The notes under the pieces: generated by a model
Told to the model about the DNA's origin: nothing
The model's input: only the letters and a program-made list of their open reading frames with translations
Database searches by the model: none
From: Eledone cirrhosa
Taxonomy: Eukaryota
DNA: 64,000 nucleotides
Direction: 5' to 3'
NCBI GenBank assembly: GCA_964016885.1
Contig: OZ024744.1
Span: 51,832,001 to 51,896,000 of the forward strand
Made by a program: the position numbers and the translations under genes
In this document: positions 30,438 through 45,526 of the stretch, piece by piece
Position numbering within the stretch: the first letter of the stretch is position 1
How the letters are laid out: the number at the start of each line of letters is the position of its first letter

Positions 30438-31159
30438 ATTTATCAATGAATGATCACATATATGACCTCCTTTTCAACCCAAGAGACATACAGATACATA
30501 TGCAAATATTGTCGCTTGGTGGGTCGACATCCATTATAATATTTAGCGTGGCAGTATACATTTAAAGATTACATTCATATCAAAAGAGGATAAAATTAAA
30601 AATTAAAGTTAAAATACAACATGAAATTAATGCAATAGGATAGTCAGAAGCAGTAAGTGTGTGCAATAGTTACACGTGTGGCAAACACGTGTGTCTTATT
30701 TATATAATACTATAGTGCGGCAGGGTGTTACATGTAATACAGGCACTATAAGCGGGTAATCAAGAGTATTAAGGGGGTTGAACTGGTAATGTATCTTTAA
30801 TATGAATGTTATAGAAGCTTGTGTGTAGAGAAATATTATAAATATTAAAAATATTAGAAATATGGTTTTCCTGTACAGCACCATTTTCATAGTCCGGAGA
30901 GCGTAATATCTAGATTACATGCCCCTCACATAATCCACGACGGTTCAATATTGGACGTTTGATGATTCTGTTAGAGTATCATAGATTGTTGGTCTTTAGT
31001 CCAACATAGCAGGTTGTTTTAGTTGCGAGAATCAACATCGTATTATTTTCCGGTAATAAGGTAGTAATATATTACTGCCTATCACTATTTAGGGTTTGTA
31101 AAAATATATATAACTACAAAAGGTTTTTGTATATGCATAACCATATATAGTATCCTTAA

Positions 31160-31250
<91 letters not shown>

Positions 31251-31991
31251 TATATATATACAAATGTATATATATATATATATATATACAAAGCAGAGTA
31301 TAAATATTTAATATAGAAAGGCTTTTTTGTCTTTCATCCTTACAGGATCGATAAAATAAAGTACCAGTAATGTACTGGGGTCAATGTAATCGAACCCCCC
31401 CCCCCAAAAAAAAAAACTGTTGGCCTTGTACCTAAATCCGAAATCATTATCTTGTTAATTCTTGCGTGTTAAGTAAATCTTGTGTACATTTACACAGAAA
31501 ATATCTTCCATCCTACCATCCCTTTCCTACCATTTCTTTTATTTTGTATTTCTAATTTAAATATTGTCTCAGCCTTTTGTTTGTTTGTATACTTTAGTAT
31601 ACACACACACACACACATACATATATGTATGTATGTGTGTGTGTATGTATGTATATATATGTATACCAATATATCAATATATATATATATGTGTGTGTGT
31701 TTGTGTGTGTATAGAAAAACACCCCCACTCACATATATGTATATATAATTATGTATGCATGAGTGACAGCGTGTTTTATGTGTAGGTGAGTGTGTGTGTA
31801 TGTTTAGGTGCGCGCGCGCGCGCGCGTGTGTGTGTGTGTGTATGTGTGTGTGTGTGTGCCTGGGTGAGTCTGTGCGGGAGAGATATGAATGGGTATAAGA
31901 CAAGGTAACAAAACTTTATCTTTAGATTTTCACACTTGGTGAAATAGAGAATGCTAATTGGTCTTTCTTCGAAAAAATTGAATAAAAAGCG

Positions 31992-32052
<61 letters not shown>

Positions 32053-32056
<4 letters not shown>

Positions 32057-32749
32057 TAACAGATTAAAGTTTAAGCAAAGAATCGCTGCTTTCACCCTTA
32101 ACGGGATCTTTTGAAACTAAAAAAGTCTATCTGTGAGCGCAGAAGTAAATATTTCAAAAACGTTACAACCGGAGGAAGACAGGAAGACGATACTTTGGTT
32201 CGTGAAAACGTTCCCTGGCAAAGAACGGGAAAACATGAATATAATACGTCATTATTTGGAGCGGTGAAAGACAATTACACACAAAGACAAACCCACGTTT
32301 ATAGTATAAAAGAAGTTGTAGACTAATATTCTATTAGGTGGTTCATGGAGACGTTCTCTGGCAATGAACGGAAAAAACGAAGATAATACGTCATATGTGG
32401 AGCGGAGAGAACAATTGCACGCGATGACAAAACCATGTAAATGGTATAACTGAATTCGTATACTAAAATTCTAGCTAGGAAACCGAATGATTCTCGGCTT
32501 CAGAGTTAAGAATAAAGTAAATAAAATACATAGGTAATTGAAATTAAATAAATACATACACGCATCAATATACGTACATGCACAGGCTTACGCGAAAACA
32601 CTTGCCATAGGTATACAAATACAAGCACGTACACAAAAAACAAAAAAAAAACAAAAAAAACCCGCACGCACATACAGAACCGACGCAACGCCTGTACCCG
32701 CACACATACGAAAGTATACACCAAATACACATAAAAATATATATAAAAA

Positions 32750-32780
<31 letters not shown>

Positions 32781-33212
32781 CGTGTACATATATAATTAAA
32801 TAAACGTATATAAATTAATAATTACGTATATAACGCGCGTACACACATACCTACATGTAAATACACATATGTTCGGAGACGTACGTCAACCAAAACACAA
32901 AGTACACCCTACATACGTACGAACCCGCATACTCACACAGACGCAAAACTCGCGTATACACATAACCAAATGCACATGTACCAGAATATATAATATATAC
33001 GCCATAACATATACAATCAAATATATGTACGAGAAAGTATACGTACCTTCACAAAACATACAGGTAATAATGGCATAAACAGAACATATACTTAGCTACC
33101 ACATCAAGACGTAAAATATCGGCGTATAGCTCGTACTATCCGTTAGCGTATAATGTGGGGCTGTAATACAGGAAAGTTTTGTACAATTTATGTTTACAAG
33201 CCGAAATTGACT

Positions 33213-33215
<3 letters not shown>
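32053..33215 (-). mobile_element. Long family B remnant (Penelope-like 3' UTR) with ~140-bp internal tandem duplication
   Basis: 32053-32215 matches 2240-2405 reverse-complemented; 32207-32330 resembles 32350-32472; left boundary clear, right boundary approximate. Confidence 0.55.
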
Positions 33216-33304
<89 letters not shown>

Positions 33305-33400
33305 TATGTATACGTACATACATATATGTATACAGACGTACAGTGGTATGTATATATACATACATGCAGACATATATATATATATGTACGTATGGATTTT

Positions 33401-35268
<1,868 letters not shown>

Positions 35269-35269
35269 A

Positions 35270-35458
35270 TAAAAGGACATTTTGTAACGCCTTCATTACA
35301 ATTATTGATTGGTGACGCGCGTTTCGCTATTGATCAACTCAAGGTTCGATCTGTAACGATCTGTACAACAGAGGTCCGACGAGCTTTTTAATTCAGAGTT
35401 GGGACAGATCGATATAGATCGAACCTTGAGTTGATCAATAGCGAAACACGCGTAGACT
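35270..35458. mobile_element. Fold-back element with hammerhead-like motif (35371-35458, +)
   Basis: Arms ~35314-35360 / 35404-35453; GGT-CCGACGA-GCT...AGC-GAA-ACACGCGT-A; the mirror arm reads GAAACGCGCGTC-ACC. Confidence 0.6.
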
Positions 35459-35469
35459 ACACCAACTCC

Positions 35470-36709
35470 AGCCAGAACAACTTAAACTAAACAGATACGC
35501 CTTTAGCCTCGACGTTGTCTCCCTCTACACTACAGTCCCCGCTCATCCAGCTGTCGATTTATTGACGGACTGCGTGGTCGCAGAGGACATCCACTGCTAC
35601 GGCCTCCATCCGACGGACATACACCAGCTTTTGTCCTTCACAGTGGACAACACGTACTTCACCTTCCACCACCACACATACAGACAGACAACAGGATTAC
35701 CCATGGGATCCAGCCTATCGGGCCTGCTGGCCATCACCTATATGAACCAGCTAGAATGCCGAGCCCTCAACACCTGCCATTCCCATACCTTCTTCCCCCG
35801 ATATGTAGATGACATACTCATCCTTACATCATCCCGTGAGGAGGCGGATAAAATATACACAACATTCTGCAGCATGGACGCCAGTATAAAGTTCAGCATG
35901 GAACACCCCGATGACCGCGGATCCCTATCCCTACTGGACTTCCAACTCAGGGTAACAGAGAAAGGCAACATCCACACCTGCTTCTATAAAAAAAGCCGAC
36001 AGCAGGGACCTGTTCGTACATTTCAGATCGGCCCTCCCAGCCGGCGCTAAGTTCGGATACATAAGGAACGGACTACATGTATCCGGACAAATGCACCGAC
36101 GCTAGAGACCGAGACACACACACCACACATTTCCTGGAAGTACTCAAACTGAACGGATATACGACATCCACCACAAACCGTGCCAGAAAGAACAGAGGAC
36201 ACCACACCCGAGGCACTAACACTTGCTTCCTGAAGCTCCCACACTTCAGTGACGAAACAACAACAGCCATCCGCAGAGCTATCAGACGAGAGGGACTAGA
36301 TATCCAACTGGCCCACTCAGGTCCTTCTCTACGCGGACAGCTAACCAAAAGATACTCCACCAGACATGACAACCGCTGCAGGCTAGCCAACTGCCCCATC
36401 AACGACACAGACCTATGCCACCAGGCTTACGTTGTATACAGACTAGAGTGCGACAAATGCAGCAACTTCTACGTAGGTAGCAACATCAGACCACTCCAGA
36501 TAAGAATAAAAGAACACCTCAATACTAACTCTTCCTTATTTAAGAAACACCTAGTTAAATGCAAAACCACCGTCAAAACCATAACAGTTAGGATAGAAAC
36601 TAAGAAAAGAAACCTCGGCAATCTTAGAATTAAGGAAGCACTAATTATAGACAAAATACACCCACCAATCAATAATAGACTAGAACTCAACACCCAATTT
36701 ATAACTTGA
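35470..36709 (+). pseudogene. Penelope/Poseidon-like RT + GIY-YIG, frameshifted and 5'-truncated
   Basis: YRQTTGLPMGS, PRYVDD, LSLLD; YVVYRLECDKCSNFYVGS...RIKEH...LRIKEALII...PPIN; 3' UTR to ~37230. Confidence 0.9.
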
Positions 36710-37330
36710 TAGAGCATCTAGCCCCATATTTACACCCTCTCCCACACACAGGCGCACACGCACACACGCTTACACCTCCACTTATTCTCTCTCACACACA
36801 CACATACACACACAAAGACCAGTTCTAACACGAGATAACATCTATCCCCCACATTTACGCATAGACATATCTACTCACACTCACACATACTTACATCTTC
36901 ACGCATTCTCCCACACACTTAAACAGGCATGTACAATAAAACCCCTTTTAAAGGGAGACTACTCTTTATCCACCTAACCTTAACTCTTTGACATTAGAGA
37001 TAGAACAGAAACTCTATACCATTTCCTGTCAGCATGACTTGGCAAGCTATTTAGAACACTGGTTTAACCGCTTTACTTCCCCCCGAAGAAGAGATATTAT
37101 CTTGAAAATTAAGGACATTTAAATAAATCTAAGGTACAATTCTAATTGTCAACAATATCTTTTCCATTTGCATTCTTTATTCTATGTCCATACCTGCATT
37201 GTTTTGGCTTTATTATACATATACAAACTTTTATACCTCATTACACAATGCTTCAAGTGAACTATAACTTCCTCCTATATATATAGAGAGAGTGAGAGAG
37301 AAAGAGAAAAAGAGAGATAGATAGATAGAT

Positions 37331-37406
<76 letters not shown>

Positions 37407-37460
37407 CTGGAAGGTAATATCCGTAGTGGTAAAGCATTCAGTCCATGGGACGAGTTTTGT

Positions 37461-37589
37461 AGAAGTGGTAACACAACAGTTAGTTCACCATACCGAGAAC
37501 ACCTTATGCGGACCTTCAGCTCGCCGAACTGAAGATCCACTAGGGTGAAACAATTGTTCTCGGTATGGTAAACTAACTGTTGTCTTACC

Positions 37590-37596
<7 letters not shown>
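37461..37596 (+). mobile_element. Fold-back element in (GA)n/(TC)n with hammerhead at 37523-37564
   Basis: Arms 37461-37501 / 37555-37596; GCCGAA-CTGAAGA-TCC ACTA GGGT-GAA-ACAATTGT-T-CTCGGT. Confidence 0.7.
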
Positions 37597-37650
<54 letters not shown>

Positions 37651-37664
37651 TCTCTCTCTCTCTC

Positions 37665-37709
<45 letters not shown>

Positions 37710-37834
37710 ATGTATAAGTATGTCTGAATGTATGTGTGCATTTATAGTATCTCTTTGTTTTTGTGTAAACAATGCAAAGTACTGAAGACACACGTGTGTT
37801 CAAAATGTGCAGGATCGTATTTTCAACGGAAATT

Positions 37835-39230
37835 TTCTAACTATTGAAGTGTCTTCCTTGTCTCCTCTTTCCAGCGATCTTTCCACAACGAATCAGCTTC
37901 TCCAAACCATCTCTTCTGTTTATGTGTCCAAAGAATTCCAATTGCCTCTTTCTCATAGTACAAACAAGAGATCTTTCTATGGCTGTCAGTCCTTGGACTT
38001 TATCATTGGTTTTCTTTTCTGTCCAAGATATTTTGAATATTTTCCAGATGAACCACATTTCAGCGGCGTCCACTTTCCTTGCTATTTTATTGCTTTTCGT
38101 CGAACACCCACCACCGTATAGAAGGGCGGATCTTATCTATTTTTTCAAGACGCGGGTTTTTGTGTATGCACTGATGTTTCTGTTTGTAAATATGGATTTC
38201 ATTTTGTGGAAAGCATATTTTGATAAGGTTGCATCTGTCGTCTGGCATCAAGGTATATCCAAGGTATTTAATCCTATACTTGCTGATGTCATTGCATTTG
38301 CTGAGGCTTTCTGGAGACGACCTTACATTCTGTTTTCCATGCGTTGAGTGTGAGTCCTTTTGTTTCACTGCTGATCGTCACTCTGTCAAGGATAGACAAG
38401 TCCTTGTTCTGATTCAGCTATCAGGACGGTATGACGGCATACCTTAGGTTGTTGATGTTTCGCCCTCCAGCCATAACTCCATCTAGACCTTCGATGTTAC
38501 GCAGAATTAGTACTCTGTAAAAACTAAAAAGATCGGGTGAGAGCACGCAGCCCTGTCTGACGCCTCGTCGAATCATTTTGAAATCGCTATCTCACCATTA
38601 ATTCTTATAACAACCTCTTTCTCTCAATATAAATTTCAAAGGACACGCGGACTTTGCCATCTATGTATAATTCTTGGAGTATGCTGAACAGATCATCACG
38701 CTTCACCTTGTTGAACACCTTTGAATAGTCTAAGAAGATATAGAAAGTTGTATTTTTGAACTCCGATGAATCTTTCTAATACCGTTGATAGGGCGAAGAT
38801 TGCGTTTCTTGTGCTCTTGTTCGGAATAAATCCGAATTGGGTGTCTAATATTTTCGAGTGATTTCTGTTTCTCACTTTTGTCATGAGAATGCTGAGGAGA
38901 ATTTTTGTTATGTGACTCATAAGACTAATTGTTCTGTGTTGATCACACTCCGTGGTCCCAGGTTTCTTTGGTAGGGTGATAAATACTGACTTTTTCATAT
39001 CCTGGGAGATTACTTCACTGTCGTATATGATTTTAAACAGTTTCCTAGATTAAGAAATCCTTATTTCGCCGAAGGCGTCCAGTAATTCTGCCGCTATTTA
39101 GTCTGAATCCGAAGCCTGGCCACGTTTTATTTTATTCAGTGCATTACACACTTAATCCTTGAAGATTGGTGGACCTTCCAATGTATTCTTATCTGGAGTG
39201 AGGGTTACAGTTATCATAAAATAGTTCTTC
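37835..39230 (-). mobile_element. Degenerate RTE-clade LINE (RT and C-terminus)
   Basis: SVFITLPKKPGTTECDQHRTISLMSHITKILL, QFGF, GVRQGCVLSP-like segment, EMWF..KISWTEKKTN...RQLEFFGHINRRDGLEK..GKIAGKR. Confidence 0.85.
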
Positions 39231-39880
39231 TACTCCAGACCTGCCAACTCTCCCCGTCGGACCAGGAGATCATCCACCCACTATGGGGTAGGTGAGAGAT
39301 GTCTTCTCTTGTGAAAATGTGTATAGCTTTCATTGTGTAAAATCTCCCCATTTTGCCCCATTTCTCCACGTTCTGAGGCACTTTTTTTCACGGTACTCTT
39401 TGTTTGAGTTTTTAGGGGTTAGTAGGTCTTTTTTACATATGGCCATCTCTTCAAAATATCACTTTTGCACATCAGAATGTTTCCATCTTTTGATGTTATG
39501 CAGCCATTGATTTTTCATGGATGTTTTTACTGTCGGCCCCGTTAATAAAAATATACATAAATGAATAATAATAATGATTTCTTTATTGGCCATAAGGGCT
39601 GACATCAAGAAAAAACATTACAGACGGCACAGGACGGTACAGGACAGTATGATGTGGGTTTTGTGCGTGTAAATATTTTTATTATTTATATAAAAAAAGA
39701 CAAAAAAAGACATAGAAACATATATATATATAAACAATAAAAATGAAAATTGAAACAATGAAAAATTCACCAATAGGGGGGAAACCTCTGAGGGATACTC
39801 GTGGCGAAAACCGCACAAAAGACCACGGCCACCCTGACCACCAGGGCAAGTGCCCTCTCTCAATTTTTCCATCTCTCAAA

Positions 39881-42800
39881 CTACAGGCGTATATTCAGAG
39901 CGGTCCTGTTCACTCGGACCATTCTCGCTTTATTCACCCACCTTTCAACAAACTTGCTAGAAGGCAGCACTTGCCTCTCCACCCTGATTTTCCTCTTCAA
40001 GTGAAACTTGAAAAAGTTAATTAGGGATTCGCCGAAGAGGAAAGTGTCTGTCTTTAACCCTTTCAACATTGTCCACCACACAATCTCTTTCGCCATGGCC
40101 ACCAGGCAGATGAAAACCGCCTTCCTTTCCTCCTCGAAGGAAGATGGGGAGACCATCTGCACAATGGACTCAGTCGATAACCGGATCAGTCCTACACGCG
40201 AGGGCAACTGTTCGACATAGCTCCACAAGTCAGCAATGCTCGGGCAATGAACGAGTGCGTGCAGGACGGTTTCGTGGCTCTGCGCGCATCTCGGACAGGC
40301 TTGGCTGACTGCACTTCCGTACCTGTAGAGCTTATCTCGAACCGGCAGCGCTCCCCGGTAGCACTGCCAGGCCAGGGATTTTTGGAAGTTATCCATAGGC
40401 CCTGGGCTGAAAGTTCTCCGGAAGAGAGCAAACAGCTGATCTTCTTCGACGCCCAGGATCTCTCCGATAACGTCATCGCTCTTCCACCCCACTAGTCTTC
40501 TATAGAACGCCGAGGTGGATGTTCCACCGTTACTGGTGCCCAGCTGGCAGAGCACCTGGAGACATTCCAGTTTCCAAGCGCTATCCCTCGGTCTTTTCCT
40601 GACCCAGGACTGCAGCTCCGTCAAGGAGACGAGCTGTGGGAAAACGTGCCTGGCGAACGGCAACCACACCTGTTCATTGTCAAGGAAGCACCAGAGATGT
40701 CGCAGCCTCAGCGCATATTTGCACCTCGTCAGCCATGGCATGCCCAGTCCTCCACGCAACGGTGTTGACAGCTGATGGATCGTCGGACAATGGGAGCGCG
40801 TACCTTCCACAAAAAGTGGAAGAGGAGGCGCTCCATTTTGGTGAGAGTTCGCCGGGGCAAGAAACGACGGTGAGGCGGTAGCAGATGACGGATGCGATGT
40901 ACGCATTCGCCACCTCCGCTCGGCCTTTCAGGGACAGCTACCTCTCGGCCCATTTCTGGGTGATGGAGGCCACCTTGCTCATCACCTCGCTCCAGTTTTT
41001 CTCCATCTGGAGGTCCGGTCCGAACCAGACCCCGAGCAATTTAACCGGTCTGTCCGTCCAACGCCCCACGACGCTGTCGGACGGCATGGACTTGCCCCTC
41101 CTGGTACCGAGATGCAAGCCCACCGCCTTTTCCTGGTTTATCTTTGCTCCTGTCACCGCTTCGTATTCCTTGAGAGCGGTGCCGAGCATCTGGACGTGTC
41201 TGGTGCTCGACACTACCACGGTGACATCGTCGGCGTAAGCCGACTCGGACTTCCCGCATCCTAGTTCGCGTGGGACGCCCCTCAACACCTCCAGTTTGTG
41301 CAGTAACAGCTCGAAAGCCAATACGTACAAGAGGGACGAGAGTGGACAACCCTGGCGGACCGAGCGTATGATGCTGAACGGCTGCGACAGGTGACCGCTT
41401 ATCCTCACAACTGAGCAGATGTCGCTTTACATCGCAGCGATCCAACTCGTGAAAACGGGCCCGAAACCGGCTGGCTCGAGAACCGCCGCCAGGTACCTTA
41501 ACCACCCTCTCTACAATGTATCGCATGAGATGGAGGTTGTCGTATATGGATCTGTCCGGAATGGCGCATATCTGCACCTCTCCCACCAGATCCTCGACGA
41601 CAAACGCCAACCTCGTTGCTAACACATTGGCCAAAATCTTGAACTCTGCATTTAGCAGGGTTATGGGCCTGAAATTATCGAAAACAACCCCCTTGTTCGG
41701 GTCTTTTTTCAGCGGCGTCACCGCTCCCCGGCTCACAAAACTGGGAATGCTCCCATTCTGCTGCCAGTTGCAGTAGGCGTCTGCCAAGAGGGGACCGAAC
41801 AAGTCTGGCATAAATGCATAAAGCGCGTCGGGCAGACCATCCAAACCTGGCGATTTACCCCTTGTGCAGTCAGCCATCGCTTCCCGTATTTCACCGGCTG
41901 TTATTGGCTTTTCGCAACACTGTGCTGCGGTCGTCGAGAGCCGAGGAAGTCCGTCGAGGTATGCTCTGAAGTCCATGCCCCGATCCGGCCCGCCGCGGCT
42001 CCCGAACAGTTCAGCAAAGTGCTGCTGAAAAGCCTCACACATCTGCTCGGGTTCGAGCAACACGCTCCCGTTTTAGTCAGACAAAGACCGAATTGTGGAT
42101 TTGTTGCCACGTCGCGCCTCTGCCACCCTGGCCCATTGGACGGCTTTTGTCCCCTCGTGTTTCAGAGCAAGCGCTCTAGCTCTGACAACGCCGCCTTCGT
42201 GTTTTGCGTTGAAGAATTGCTCGAGTGCCAATCTCGCCGCAAGCACGTCGGTTGGGATGACTGTCCTAAAGGCCTCTTCTAGCTTTCTGACTAGCTTTCC
42301 CTCTACTCTATTTTCCTCTATCACTAGTCCTTTGCTAAACCTAATCGACTCTACTTTAATTGCCCTTTTCAGGGCGAACCACCACCTGTTTTTGACGACC
42401 GCTCCCGTCAACGCCCGCTTAACTAATACGCTAATCCGGTCTCTGTAGGCTGTGCGCGCCGGAAAAGACGCGTTCAACTTCCAGTAACCGGGTCCTTGTC
42501 TATGAAGTATGTCTATGTCGATCTCACAGATCACAAATTTGTGGTGTGTGTAATCGACTTTTTTAAATTGTGGACAACTTATACTAGCCTTATCTAGTTC
42601 TCTGCAGAATACCCCATCGAGATAGGATCTGGATGACCCGATGCGGTTTGTCCATGTCCACATTGGCACATTCGGGTGATCCAGTCGATACCTGTCAGAC
42701 AGTTCAAAACGTCTGAGCTGGTTGGTGAGGCTCTTGCACCCTCCTCCCCTATCCACTAGCCCCACACAATTCCAGCCTGCATCCAAGATACCGTTTCAGT

Positions 42801-43221
42801 CGCCTACTAACACTAAATAGCGGGCCGTTCCAAGAAATGTCTCTAGACGTCTGAAGAAATCTGGTCGGCATGCCCCAGTTGGGGCGTAGACGGCTACTAG
42901 CCTGAAAGCATTGCCTTCGCTGCCGGTCACGTCCAGCACCACCGACTTAACTTCTGGGTCCAGGAAGATGACCCGTATGGCGAGATCCAAGCCTCTCCGA
43001 AAAAGAAAGGCAACCCCTCCCCCCGATCCTGGACGGCTCGGAGATGCGTATACATCGTAGCCGCCGAAGATCGGTGCGAAAGCTCGTGTTTCTGAGATTC
43101 TGGTCTCGCTGATGGCCACCACATCTATGTTTAGTGACCTGAGTTCGTTGAGCAGGTGACCCTGCTTCCAAGATGACCCCAGGCCACGTGCATTTATACT
43201 GCCTATTCTAAGTACAGCCAT
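39881..43221 (-). pseudogene. ORF2 (APE-RT-Zn finger) of Tx1-like copy 1, broken by frameshifts and a stop
   Basis: Consecutive ORF pieces 42796-43257, 42073-42786, 41041-42063, 40938-41408, 39881-40906. Confidence 0.9.
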
Positions 43222-43922
43222 GTTGGATGAGAAACGGGGCAAGTGAGAAAGAGTCACTTACTTGATCGTGTGGTGAAGGGACAGTAGAACCGTCTCTTTA
43301 GCTGGTCATGTGTGCTTACAAGAGGATGTCAGTGTATAATTTTTGTTTTAAAAGTTTATACTGTTCTATTTTGATATCAATGATGCTTGTTTGTCGGGAG
43401 AGTTCTTGGTGTTGGTGAGATGTAGTAGTTTTTTTTTGTGATGTCTGTGTGCTGCTTTATATATTGTATGAGTTCTTTATTTGCCATGTTTATGGCTGTG
43501 TACCTTTTGGGGGAGAGGTGATTTTGTTGCTGTTTTCTGCTTGTTGCTGTTGGGTGTGTGTGTTTTGTTGTGTTTGCGTTGTTGGTGTTTTTAGTGATGC
43601 TGGTGGTGGTGTGGTTGTTGTTGATGTTGGTGCTTGTGGTGGTGGTGGTGAAGGTGGTAGTGTTGCTGCAAGTCTCCTGGCAGCCTTTACTCCTCGTTGT
43701 GTGCCTTCGCTTTTGGAGGGCCAAACTAAGGGTTTATTTTCTTTTTTCTTTTTTGTGGCAGACCGTTTGCCACTTCACTCCCGCTCCAGTCTCCATGTCG
43801 GATTCCGTGGCATCTGGGAGGGGTATGTGCTCCACGGCTGTTGGTGGTGGTAGTGGAGCCGTCTCCGGCGATTCTATTGCTGGTGCAGCTACTGCAAATG
43901 TAGCTACTGGTGTTGCGGCCAC

Positions 43923-45340
43923 TTATGCTGCTGCTTTAGTTGTCTGTGGCCTTGGTAAGGGGGCCTCGGGCGTTGTCCTCCTACTCACCGTGGAAGGGGC
44001 TTCTGCGTTTGTTGCCTGCCCTGCTCTTGGTAGCAGCGGACCAGGTATTGGAAGGAGAGGGGCCTTCTTCTTCGCTGTCTTCTGCAGGCAAAAGGCCCTG
44101 AGGTGACCCTTTGACCCACAGAGATAACATTTTGGCCGTCTTCCTTCCACTCTTATAGGGAGTTCGAGTCATTTCTTGAGGTCTATGATATCGGGACGGC
44201 GTCGATACACTCCTGGTCACTTTCTATAAGCATTTGCAGGCCTATACCTGACCAGTTCTCTCTCTCTATTTTCTCTACTTGCAGCATGGTCATCCTGTCC
44301 TTGATTCCAGCAAGGACCTGGGTCACTTTGACCCTCACAATTTTCTGCCCGCAGTAGGAAGGCACCAAGACTATCTCCTCACTCTTTAGGGTTTCCAAAG
44401 AGTGAGACTTCGCTTCTTGGGGGGTGGCGAAAAGTACGTCTACTGTGGCGTACTTTCTGCCTCGGGTGATGTGGGTTTTGTGCGCCCAGACGCACCCCAA
44501 AGTCTTTTGGATTTGAGCCTCCGTGGCTCTCTCCACCCGATGTGACATTTTGCTTACGGTGCGGTTTGTCACCGTCCGTAGCTGCTGGTCCTTGAAAAAA
44601 TCGGGTGGATGTTTCAGGGAGACTCTATTGGCATTTCTTGTCACCATGGCCCTTGCGACTGCCATCTCCTCCTCTGTGACTAACACTGTCTCGAAATTTC
44701 GGGCGACACCTGCAAAAGAAGTGGTCCCTTTTTCAGCAGCACCACTATTGCTGCCGCTACTGCTGCTACTGGTCTTGCTGGTGGTGCTGAGATCGTTGTT
44801 ACTGGTATTGATGTCATTGTTGTTGTTTTCTTTGATACTGTTGTTGCTGTTGTTGTTGTTGTTTTCGTTGATACTGTTGCTGTTGTTACTGTTATTGTGG
44901 CTGTTGTTATTATTGTTGTTTTTGTTGATACTGTTCCCACTATTATTGTTGTTGTGGCTGTTGTTATTGTAATTGTTATTGTCGTTCTGGACCTTACCGC
45001 TGTTGTTTTTGTTATTGCTATTGTTAGTGATGCTGTTGTTGTTAGTGTTATTGTTGGTGCTGTTTGTGTTAGAAATATTTGGTAATTTTAAATCTGTAAC
45101 GATATCATTGAAAATGATATTGTTCCTCTTTTCCTTCGTAATATTTTCTTTTATATTTACCTTCGCTAGAACGCTGTCTTGTTGATATGTTGACAAAGTC
45201 TCCCTCTCCCTGTGTTGTCTGACAGCGCTCTCTCTCTTTCTTGTGTTATCCATGTTGAAAGAAATTTTTTTTTCAAATAATATTTTTACACAATACGACA
45301 CTCCATAAAGGGGTGCCGTATTATTTACGAGTGAACCCAT
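43923..45340 (-). pseudogene. ORF1 of Tx1-like copy 1 (Asn-rich N-terminus, CCHC knuckle)
   Basis: ORFs 44183-45340 and 43923-44150; homologous to 48289-49075. Confidence 0.75.
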
Positions 45341-45468
45341 GTATAAGGTGGGTCACTTCTTCTAAACCTTTATCAAATTTAAAACTTGAATAAAAGTTTT
45401 AGAACGGTTGAAAACGAGGTAAACTGTTGAAAAAAACTGGAGGCGATAAGAAGCGTGGCTTCACCTTC

Positions 45469-45524
<56 letters not shown>

Positions 45525-45526
<2 letters not shown>

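Larger units (their letters stand above)
39575..45468 (-). mobile_element. Near-full-length L1/Tx1-like LINE copy 1 (multiply frameshifted)
   Basis: ORF1 with zinc knuckle CYLCGSKGHLRAFC; APE (SINARGL..SETR..VYAP..GD..TW..YLD); RT (KSPGLDG, RPITLLN, QGCPLS, YADD); C-terminal CPRC..ETVLH..C; AATAAA + (TTA)n tail; (AAT)n flanks. Confidence 0.92.

Noticed and set aside
30860-31010. PVQHHFHSP peptide resembling a GIY-YIG C-terminus
   Set aside because: Too short and interrupted to support a call
39233-39540. CAGACCTGCCAAC hAT-like terminus
   Set aside because: Only one putative TIR is visible, with no partner end or TSD
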